From assembly GCA_003222675.1 (NCBI GenBank), contig QHWT01000044.1:53548-117547 (forward strand): a stretch of 64,000 nt of DNA, given 5' to 3'. Each line of letters opens with the position of its first letter. The stretch's first letter is position 1. Below, one piece after another: positions 37,469-44,956 of this stretch. The position numbers were made by a program, and so were the translations under genes. The notes under the pieces are model-generated. The model ran no database searches. It had not been told where the DNA came from and saw only the letters and a list, made by a program, of their open reading frames with translations. The stretch is from Acidobacteriota bacterium (lineage in GTDB: Bacteria; Acidobacteriota; Vicinamibacteria; Vicinamibacterales; 2-12-FULL-66-21).

Positions 37469-39235
37469 TCACACCGTGATCCGCCGCTGCCACGTCCACC
37501 ACTCCGCGAAAGCAAGTGCGAACGCCACCGCGACCGAATACATCCACCATGGCCGCTGAGAGACACCGGCGGCGACGTGACGTCGCTGGTCTTCTGCCGT
37601 CAGCGTCGTCTGCAACAGGTTCGATACCTGCGCGTCTCCCGCATTGACCGCGATGGCGGTCCGCGCCGCGGCGCCATCGGCGATGTACAGGCCGGGCGAG
37701 CGCAGCAGGCCTACGGCCGCGTGATTGAACCGCGTCAACGGCACGTCCGCGCCGCGCGGATCCTTCACGTCGACGACCGCCTCGTCGAAGGTCATTGGTC
37801 CAGGCCGATGTGAACCCGCTGAAGACACACGTCCGAGCCAGTCGAGCGCATTTCCGATGAGCACGGGAAATGCCGGCGCCGACGCCAGGTTCGACTCTGT
37901 CGGGCCGAACGTTACGATGACCATCCGGTGATTGCCCGATTCTCCCGCGTACACCAACGGCGTACCGCGGCCGCTCTGTGCGATGACGCTCAGCTTCGGT
38001 AGTGGGTACGCGCGCGCCTTATCAATCGACAGCGTAAACGGATCGACACCGCTGAGGACGGGATGCGAGCCGGCGGCATTCCAGGCCGGGCGCAGTTCCT
38101 CGCTCGTGGTCTCTAATGGCGGCGCAAACGATAGCGACGGTCGCTGCGGCGGCTCCTCCGGCGTCCATCGATCGAAGATGATGACGTCTTCGCCATCCGG
38201 ACGAACATCCGACGAAGGATCGACGAACGTCGGCCGGACGTCGGGATCACGGGCGAGCAGGCCAGCCAGCCACGACGTGTGCTGTCCGACGATGGTCACG
38301 AGCAGCGGGCGCGCGTGCTCGATCCACGCGACCGCTTCGTTGTCGATGGCCAGTGCATCTGTTGGCGCCTCGATCCGTGCGCGCAATGCGGGTTCGCCGC
38401 CGCGCGAGAGCGGAAGGATCTGCCGCAGCGCCTCGCCGGCGCGCATGTCCAGCTGTCGATCGAGGACGTCCGTCCTGCCGCGCGCGACCGTCAGGTGCAC
38501 GGTCTGCGCGGCCGCGGCGTAATTCGCGAGCTCGAGATACGCGTCCCCCGCGTGGTCACTGGCGAGAGACGGCCGCACATCGAACGCGGTAATCGCGACA
38601 TTGCCCGCAGGCTCGTACACCGAATGTATCGTGACAGGGGAATCGGAGGTCCGAGGTCCGAGGTCCGACGCAATCGCGCCGTCGGTAATGAAATGGATCG
38701 AGTCCGCGTCGCCACTCCTCGGCCACCACGAGGCCTCGCCCGCCGGGGCGATGCGATCGAGCGCCGCGTCAATCACGCCGACGTCCGTGGTCGGTCCTTC
38801 GACCAGCCCGTCCGCCGTGGTCGCCAGCGACACGGCATCGGCGGCTGCGGCAGCAATGCGGCGCGCTTCGGCAATCGCGCGCGCCCAACGTGTCTCTCCG
38901 CTCTTCGTCCGCGCGAGCATCGACGAGGAGGCGTCGATGACGATGAGCGTCCGCCCGCGAGGGACGGCCACGCCGCGCGTAGCGCAAGAAGGACGGGTGA
39001 TGGCAAACGCCAGGGCAAGCGCAATCATCACGGTCGCGCCGAGTGACGCCGCACGGCGCACGCGCTCCCAGAACGTCACCTCTCGCACGTCGTCAAGCAC
39101 GCGCCGCCACAGCAGCAACGACGGAAGAATCACGCGCGGCGGACGGACCTTCAGACGAAACAACCCCGCGGCGAGCGCGCCGGCCGCTGCGAGCAACAGC
39201 CCCGCCTGCCACGCCGCCATTGCGCCGAACGTCAC
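37469..39235 (-). CDS. BatA-like N-terminal TM plus vWA domain protein
   Basis: 'PSLLLWRRV' BatA-like start, MIDAS 'IDASSSM', 'FITDG', C-terminal TM 'AEWW'. Confidence 0.82.
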   Translation of the reverse strand: MTFGAMAAWQAGLLLAAAGALAAGLFRLKVRPPRVILPSLLLWRRVLDDVREVTFWERVRRAASLGATVMIALALAFAITRPSCATRGVAVPRGRTLIVIDASSSMLARTKSGETRWARAIAEARRIAAAAADAVSLATTADGLVEGPTTDVGVIDAALDRIAPAGEASWWPRSGDADSIHFITDGAIASDLGPRTSDSPVTIHSVYEPAGNVAITAFDVRPSLASDHAGDAYLELANYAAAAQTVHLTVARGRTDVLDRQLDMRAGEALRQILPLSRGGEPALRARIEAPTDALAIDNEAVAWIEHARPLLVTIVGQHTSWLAGLLARDPDVRPTFVDPSSDVRPDGEDVIIFDRWTPEEPPQRPSLSFAPPLETTSEELRPAWNAAGSHPVLSGVDPFTLSIDKARAYPLPKLSVIAQSGRGTPLVYAGESGNHRMVIVTFGPTESNLASAPAFPVLIGNALDWLGRVSSAGSHRPGPMTFDEAVVDVKDPRGADVPLTRFNHAAVGLLRSPGLYIADGAAARTAIAVNAGDAQVSNLLQTTLTAEDQRRHVAAGVSQRPWWMYSVAVAFALAFAEWWTWQRRITV

Positions 39236-40101
39236 GCCAGGAACCGTCCGAGACGAAAGGCCTTGAGGATGATTTCGTCGAACGGCCGATCCGCGTCAGC
39301 CCGCACGCAACCGATGTCGTAGCGTACGCAGAATCGATCGAGCTCCGTCGCGTGCGCATCCCACGCCTGCGCGTACATCGCGGCAAGGCGCGGCGTGACG
39401 TCGACGTCACGCATCTCGCCCGTCTCAGCGTCCACGAACCGCGCGTCGCCAAAGCCACCGGCGTCGCGATCGCGAGGTGACGTGACGTGCACGACGAACA
39501 CGTCGTGTCCGAGCGTGCGCAGCATCTTGAGTCCTGCCTCGAACCCGCCGGGATCGAGAAAGTCGGAGATCACGACGACGAGGCCCGGGTGACGCGGACG
39601 AGTGGCGAACGCCTGGAACGACGCGCGTAGATCGGTCGTCCCATCCGCCTCGAGCCGCTCCAGCCGCTCGAACACGCGAAAGATGCGCGCCTTGCCCCGT
39701 CCCACCATCTCCTGGCCGAGGCCCTGCGTAAACGGCAGAAGCGTGAGGCGATCGAGGTGCGCGAGTCCGATGTAACAGATCGCCGCCGCGACGCGACGGG
39801 CCATGTCGAATTTCGCGGGCTCCGCCATCGAGCGGCTGACGTCGAGCAGCAGGTACATCGGAAGATCGCGCTCTTCATCGAAGAGCCGCAGCAGCAATCG
39901 GTTCAGGCGTTTGTATGCCTTCCAGTCGATGTGGCGGAAATCGTCCCCGGCCGCATACGGCCGATGATCGGCGAACTCGAGCCCCCTGCCGCGCATCGGC
40001 GTGATCCGATCCGCGCGGTTCTGCCCCGCAAGCGCCCTCCGCGACACCACGTGCAGGTATTCGAGCTTGCGAAGGAAATCGTCGTCAAAGCGCAGAGCCA
40101 C
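39232..40101 (-). CDS. DUF58 domain protein
   Basis: 'GLEFADHRPYAAGDDFRHIDWKAY', 'LDVSRSM', 'ISDF'. Confidence 0.92.
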   Translation of the reverse strand: MALRFDDDFLRKLEYLHVVSRRALAGQNRADRITPMRGRGLEFADHRPYAAGDDFRHIDWKAYKRLNRLLLRLFDEERDLPMYLLLDVSRSMAEPAKFDMARRVAAAICYIGLAHLDRLTLLPFTQGLGQEMVGRGKARIFRVFERLERLEADGTTDLRASFQAFATRPRHPGLVVVISDFLDPGGFEAGLKMLRTLGHDVFVVHVTSPRDRDAGGFGDARFVDAETGEMRDVDVTPRLAAMYAQAWDAHATELDRFCVRYDIGCVRADADRPFDEIILKAFRLGRFLA

Positions 40102-40105
40102 AGGA

Positions 40106-40180
40106 TGAACCGTGAAACTTAACCGTGAACCGCGAACCGTGAACCGTGAACCGTGAACCGTGAACCGTGAACCGTGAACC
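40106..40180. repeat. Heptamer tandem repeat (TGAACCG)n, ~10 units
   Basis: Read directly; fills the MoxR-DUF58 spacer. Confidence 0.9.
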
Positions 40181-41172
40181 TATTCAGTTGCCACCGTTCC
40201 AAGCAACTCGGTGACGATGGCGTCCGTGCTGACTTCGTCGGCATCCCCTTCGAAATTGAGGAGCAGACGATGCCGCAGCGCGGCAAGCGCCACGTTGCGG
40301 ATGTCATCGACGGACACGAACGCGCGTCCATGCGTGAGCGCCTGGATCTTTCCGGCGAGGACCAGCGCCTGCGCCGCGCGCGGGCTCGCGCCATAGCGCA
40401 CGTATCGTTTGACCAGTGCCGTCGCGTACGGCGACGCGGGATGCGATCCCATCGTGAGGCGGACGGCGTACGCCTGCACCGGGCGGGCGATGGGAACGGA
40501 ACGGGCTAAGTGCCGCATTTCGAGAATCTGCCCGGCGTCCAGGACGCGCGTCACCGTTGTCTGCGTCTCGGTCGTCGTGCGCTCCAGGATCTCGTGCATC
40601 GCCGCTTCTCCTGGATAGCAGACCTTGAGTTTGAAGAAGAAGCGATCGAGTTGCGCCTCGGGCAGCGGATACGTCCCTTCCATCTCGAGCGGGTTCTGCG
40701 TGGCGAGCACGAGGAACGGCTGTTCGAGCGGATACGTCGTCTTGCCCACCGAGACGCTGACGTCCTGCATGGCCTCGAGGAGCGCGGACTGCGTCTTCGG
40801 CGTCGCGCGATTGATTTCGTCGGCGAGCACGACGTTCGCGAAGATCGGCCCCGGCTGGAACTCGAAAAACGTTCCGCCGTGCGCGTGCTCCTGCACGATG
40901 TTGGTGCCGACGATGTCGGCCGGCATGAGATCCGGAGTGAACTGGATGCGCGAAAACCCGAGGTGCAGCACGTCGGCAAGGGTGTGCACGAGGCTGGTCT
41001 TGCCGACGCCGGGAATGCCTTCGAGCAGCACGTGACCGCCTGCGAGAAGACTCGTGACCGTCAGGTTGACGATCTCCTCGTGTCCGACGATCCGGCGTCC
41101 GACCTCCTCGGTGATCCGGGTGAAGCGCTCGCGGAACTGATCGATGGACTGCGCGACGGCGGTGGAGGTCAT
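40180..41172 (-). CDS. moxR: MoxR family AAA+ ATPase
   Basis: 'EGIPGVGKT', 'RIQFTPDLMPADI', 'DEINRATPKTQSALLEAM', 'ATQNPLEMEGTYPLPEAQLDRF'. Confidence 0.95.
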   Translation of the reverse strand: MTSTAVAQSIDQFRERFTRITEEVGRRIVGHEEIVNLTVTSLLAGGHVLLEGIPGVGKTSLVHTLADVLHLGFSRIQFTPDLMPADIVGTNIVQEHAHGGTFFEFQPGPIFANVVLADEINRATPKTQSALLEAMQDVSVSVGKTTYPLEQPFLVLATQNPLEMEGTYPLPEAQLDRFFFKLKVCYPGEAAMHEILERTTTETQTTVTRVLDAGQILEMRHLARSVPIARPVQAYAVRLTMGSHPASPYATALVKRYVRYGASPRAAQALVLAGKIQALTHGRAFVSVDDIRNVALAALRHRLLLNFEGDADEVSTDAIVTELLGTVATE

Positions 41173-42542
41173 TGCTTGCGTACGAAGTAGCTCTGAATCG
41201 CCGCGCGCCGGGCTTCGGGTACTGGCGGCGGCGCGGCCGCGGACCCCTGGTCGAACGCGCGTGTGGCGCTGCGGGTGAAGGACACGGCGGCATGACCGCG
41301 CTCGCTCTTGCGGCGAAGATCCGTCAGAGCATCTGAACCTTCGCTGTTCGCGCTGGCTTCCACGGTTTCGCGGCGAAGCGCCGGCGCGATGTCGGCCATG
41401 CGACCCTGCTGCGCATCGACGCCCGATCCGCCGCCGAGGCCAGTTCCCGGATCCGTTCCGCTCGCATTCGGATCCGTCACCATCAGGATGGCCGGGCCGC
41501 CTCTGGCATCCGTGTCCCGTACCAGCTGGATCGATAATTCCTCCGCCTTCGCGGAGGCATTGGTTTGAACGGCGTCGCCGTTCTGCGGCATTTGTGCGGA
41601 TGTCGCATCCCGCGGATCACGATTCGCGGCGCGCTCCGTCTGCGCCACCTGCGACAAGTCGTCGGCAAGGTTCTCGAGCGCGTCTCGCATCGGCGGAGGG
41701 ACGGCGGCGCTCTCAGCCGCGCGTTGGGCGCGCTCGGCCAGCGCCTTCATGATCGCGTCGGTGGATTGCGGGTGCGCGGCATCCGTCGCCGGCGCCATCG
41801 CGCGCGCGAGTTGTTTCAGCGAATCGGCGCCGTGCAGTTGCGCAAGCGTGTCGATCAGATCGCGCAGCGCGGCAGCGTTTGCGGGGATCTCCGTCCCGAG
41901 CGTTCCACGCTCCACTGCGGTCAGCAAGGCCTCGAGATCCTTGGGGAGGCCGACCGGTAGACCCGCAACTGGCGGTGTTTTCGCAGCGATTCGGTCCACG
42001 CGATGCGCATCCGTATTACGAGGCGCGACGCCGGACGATTCCGGCACTGCCAGGGCCAACAGCAGCGTGGCAATCGCGATCCCGCCGGTCGTCAGTTTTG
42101 CGCGACGGTCAGTTGGCGGCGGATAGACAGTCGACCAGTCGATTGACGCCGTGCGATCGGCCGCGCGATCGACGTGGAAGTCCGCCCACGCATCGTGCGT
42201 ATCGCGCGCGGCAAACCAGTGCGCGCTGCGCAACTCGCCGTGCAGGCCTGCGTCCGCATCGATGGCCGCAGCCACGCTGTCAGAGATGTTTCGCGTACGT
42301 CGCGCGAGGCATCCGTACGCTGCCAAGAGACAGAGACCTGCGCCAAGCAGGGTCAGCGGCAGGACGACAGGCCAGCTTTTGAGACCACCAATGAGGCCGG
42401 CGCACAAGGCGAACGCGGCCACATACGGCGCGGCGCGCCATGCGCGTCGCCTCCGGCCGCGCAATCGGCGCAGGCGATCGGCGGTCGCGAGGCCCGCGCG
42501 GAGGCGCGTGCCCGCCGTGTCGAGTGACGTGGAATCGTGCAC
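41169..42542 (-). CDS. Membrane-anchored hypothetical protein heading the MoxR operon
   Basis: Three TM segments, helical/coiled region, C-terminal 'VPEARRAAIQSYF'; 4-bp overlap with moxR; GTG 42542 proposed. Confidence 0.7.
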   Translation of the reverse strand: MHDSTSLDTAGTRLRAGLATADRLRRLRGRRRRAWRAAPYVAAFALCAGLIGGLKSWPVVLPLTLLGAGLCLLAAYGCLARRTRNISDSVAAAIDADAGLHGELRSAHWFAARDTHDAWADFHVDRAADRTASIDWSTVYPPPTDRRAKLTTGGIAIATLLLALAVPESSGVAPRNTDAHRVDRIAAKTPPVAGLPVGLPKDLEALLTAVERGTLGTEIPANAAALRDLIDTLAQLHGADSLKQLARAMAPATDAAHPQSTDAIMKALAERAQRAAESAAVPPPMRDALENLADDLSQVAQTERAANRDPRDATSAQMPQNGDAVQTNASAKAEELSIQLVRDTDARGGPAILMVTDPNASGTDPGTGLGGGSGVDAQQGRMADIAPALRRETVEASANSEGSDALTDLRRKSERGHAAVSFTRSATRAFDQGSAAAPPPVPEARRAAIQSYFVRKQ

Positions 42543-42625
42543 GACCTGCCTACGATATCTCAAAGAGAAGCCTCTCCCCGCGCGGACGGGCCGCGTCAGC
42601 TCACGTCGCCATTCATCCCGCCAGG

Positions 42626-42727
42626 AAGGTGTTGAACGGTCCGATGGACGTGCCCGGCGGCGATCGGATCGCGCAGTGTCTCGATCCGCAGGGCGGCGCC
42701 TTCGCGGTGCACTCGCGAAAGAGCTGA
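42626..42727 (+). pseudogene. C-terminal remnant of a VOC/glyoxalase family gene
   Basis: 'KVLNGPMDVPGGDRIAQCLDPQGGAFAVHS' is a characteristic VOC C-terminus; no matching upstream body. Confidence 0.65.
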
Positions 42728-42732
42728 ATAGG

Positions 42733-42758
42733 ATATGTATATGATATCGTATACGTAT
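42733..42758. promoter_or_regulatory. 26-bp AT-rich near-palindrome overlapping the antitoxin start codon (putative TA operator/promoter)
   Basis: ATATGTATATGATATCGTATACGTAT, centred on GATATC. Confidence 0.65.
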
Positions 42759-43071
42759 GCGGAAACCGATCTCCATCACGATTGAGGCGGACAACCTGCT
42801 CTGGCTGAAGGCGCAGGCTGCGGCCACGTCGAAGGGCAGCGTCAGCGACGTGGTCGATCGCCTGGTGCGCGATGCGCGGCTGGAGGGGCGCACCGGCGCG
42901 ATCAGATCCGTGGTCGGGACCGTGGACCTGCCGCACGGCGATCTCGATCGAGCGGACGGGTATGTCCGGTCCCTGTTCGATCGATCGCTCAGCAGGCCGA
43001 TGCTCGTGAAGGAGCGGCCGCCCGCCGCAACGCGGGCGGGCCGCGGGCGCGGCCGCAAGCGGCGTGGCTGA
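42757..43071 (+). CDS. Putative antitoxin, ribbon-helix-helix-like
   Basis: 'RKPISITIEADNLLWLKAQA....SVSDVVDRLV' beta-alpha-alpha pattern; overlaps the PIN gene. Confidence 0.7.
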   Translation: MRKPISITIEADNLLWLKAQAAATSKGSVSDVVDRLVRDARLEGRTGAIRSVVGTVDLPHGDLDRADGYVRSLFDRSLSRPMLVKERPPAATRAGRGRGRKRRG

Positions 43072-43471
43072 CGTCGAGGCGGCGGTCACCGATACGCACG
43101 CGCTGCTCTGTCATGCTGCCGCGAGCTCGCGCCTCGGGAAACGCGCCGCCGCGCACTTCAGCGCATGTGAACAGCGCACGGCGCTGCTGTATGTGCCCGC
43201 GGCGGTGATCTGGGAAACGGCGCTGCTGGCCCGCAGCGGACACGCGAACCTGCGAAGGACCGTTGAAGGGTTCTTCGAGGATCTCTTCAGCAACCCTGCG
43301 TATCAGCCGTATGATCTGTCGGCGTCGCAGATCTACGACGCCGACGGGCTCCGCTTCAATCGCGATCCGTTCGACGCGCTGATCTGCGCCGCGGCGCGCG
43401 ATCTGGGGTTGCCGCTGCTGACACGCGACAGCGACATCGCGGAGTCCGGCGCCGTCCGCGTACTATGGTGA
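43064..43471 (+). CDS. vapC: PIN-domain toxin (VapC family)
   Basis: 'VTDTHAL', 'IWE', 'RDPFDALICAAA...LPLLTRD'. Confidence 0.85.
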   Translation: MADVEAAVTDTHALLCHAAASSRLGKRAAAHFSACEQRTALLYVPAAVIWETALLARSGHANLRRTVEGFFEDLFSNPAYQPYDLSASQIYDADGLRFNRDPFDALICAAARDLGLPLLTRDSDIAESGAVRVLW

Positions 43472-43530
43472 GAACCCGTACTGAATGTTCCCGCTCAGAG
43501 CAGCGCGTCCCGGAGGTCGCAAGGAATATC

Positions 43531-44391
43531 ATGGGAGCGGTTCTGAACTTTTTCACGCTCACGTACATCGTCAGCTGGATCTTCTTCATCGCGTGGGCAG
43601 TCGTCTCCGGGCCGACCGCCTCGATGACGTCCGAGCGGGCGGTACTTGCCACACCACTCTTGCTCATCGGGGTCTTCGCTCCGGCCCTCGTTGCTCTCGC
43701 GCTCACCTTCCGCGCCGACGGACGGGCGGGAACGGAGGCGCTGATTCGCCGCGCGGTCGAGTGGCCGGGCGGCGCGCGGTGGTACCTGTTTGCGCTCGGC
43801 TACATGGCCGCGATCAAGCTCGCCGCAGCCGCTCTGCATCGCATCGTGACAGGCGCATGGCCGCCGTTCGGTCAGGAAACTGTGCTCATCATGGCCGGCG
43901 CCATCGTCGTCTCGACGCCGGTGCAGGCCGGTGAAGAGATCGGGTGGCGCGGATATGCGCTTCCACGCCTTGCGAATCGCGTTGGACTTCCCGTCGCGAG
44001 CATCGTGCTCGGCGTGATCTGGGCGTCCTGGCACCTGCCGTTCTTCTTCATTCCAAGGGCCGACACGTTTGGCCAGTCATTCCCGCTCTATCTGCTGAGC
44101 GTGACGGCGATCTCCGTCGCGATGGCATGGCTCTACTGGCGCAGCAACGGAAGCCTGCTGCTCACGATGATGCTGCACGCTGCGATCAACAACACCAAGG
44201 ACATCGTGCCGTCGGCGGCGTCGCCGACAACCAGTTCCTTCGCGCTGAACGGGTCGCTGGTCGCGTGGCTCACGGCCGCGCTGCTGTGGATCTGCGCTGT
44301 ATACTTCCTCATCCAAATGCGCGGCGCGAGACTGGAGCACGGCTCCCGAGCCGTCGAGGTGCGCGAGATTCCGACTTCCGCCGCCGTTTAA
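43531..44391 (+). CDS. CPBP intramembrane metalloprotease (type II CAAX protease/Rce1-like)
   Basis: 'GEEIGWRG', 'WASWHLP', 'LHAAIN'. Confidence 0.9.
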   Translation: MGAVLNFFTLTYIVSWIFFIAWAVVSGPTASMTSERAVLATPLLLIGVFAPALVALALTFRADGRAGTEALIRRAVEWPGGARWYLFALGYMAAIKLAAAALHRIVTGAWPPFGQETVLIMAGAIVVSTPVQAGEEIGWRGYALPRLANRVGLPVASIVLGVIWASWHLPFFFIPRADTFGQSFPLYLLSVTAISVAMAWLYWRSNGSLLLTMMLHAAINNTKDIVPSAASPTTSSFALNGSLVAWLTAALLWICAVYFLIQMRGARLEHGSRAVEVREIPTSAAV

Positions 44392-44421
44392 CTCGTCAAA
44401 GATCCTGGGGCGGCGTGATCG

Positions 44422-44901
44422 ATGCTCGCCATTCTGATCCGCGCACTGACGTACGCGACGCTCTTCATCGGCTTCGTGCTCGTCTACCTGCCCGCGCGGA
44501 CACTTGCGTGGGCAGGAGTAGTCCGTCCATCGCGATTCGGATCGCCACAAGCGCTCGGCGCCATCGTCGCCGTGAGTGGGGCCATGTTGGCGGCGTGGTG
44601 CATTGCCAGCTTCGTCGTTCTGGGTCGCGGAACTCCCGCCCCATTTGACCCGCCGCGTCGACTCGTCGTCCGCGGACCTTACCGGTACGTGCGCAATCCG
44701 ATGTATCTGGGCGCGGGCCTGGCTGTCGCCGGCGCCGCGCTCTTTTATCAGTCAGGCGCACTGCTGGCGTACGCCGCCGCGTTCCTTCTCGTCATGCACG
44801 TTTTCGTCGTCTTGTACGAGGAATCAGTTCTGCGGCAGACTTTCGGGAACGACTACGACGCGTACTGCAGGCAAGTACGGCGATGGCTGCCAACGCTATG
44901 A
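44422..44901 (+). CDS. Isoprenylcysteine carboxyl methyltransferase/PEMT family membrane protein
   Basis: 'LVVRGPYRYVRNPMY', 'EESVLRQTFGNDYDAYCRQVRRW'. Confidence 0.88.
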   Translation: MLAILIRALTYATLFIGFVLVYLPARTLAWAGVVRPSRFGSPQALGAIVAVSGAMLAAWCIASFVVLGRGTPAPFDPPRRLVVRGPYRYVRNPMYLGAGLAVAGAALFYQSGALLAYAAAFLLVMHVFVVLYEESVLRQTFGNDYDAYCRQVRRWLPTL

Positions 44902-44956
44902 ATGTTGCTTTGACGGATTGACGAACGCGCTTCAGCGTTTCCCGTCGTTTCACATC

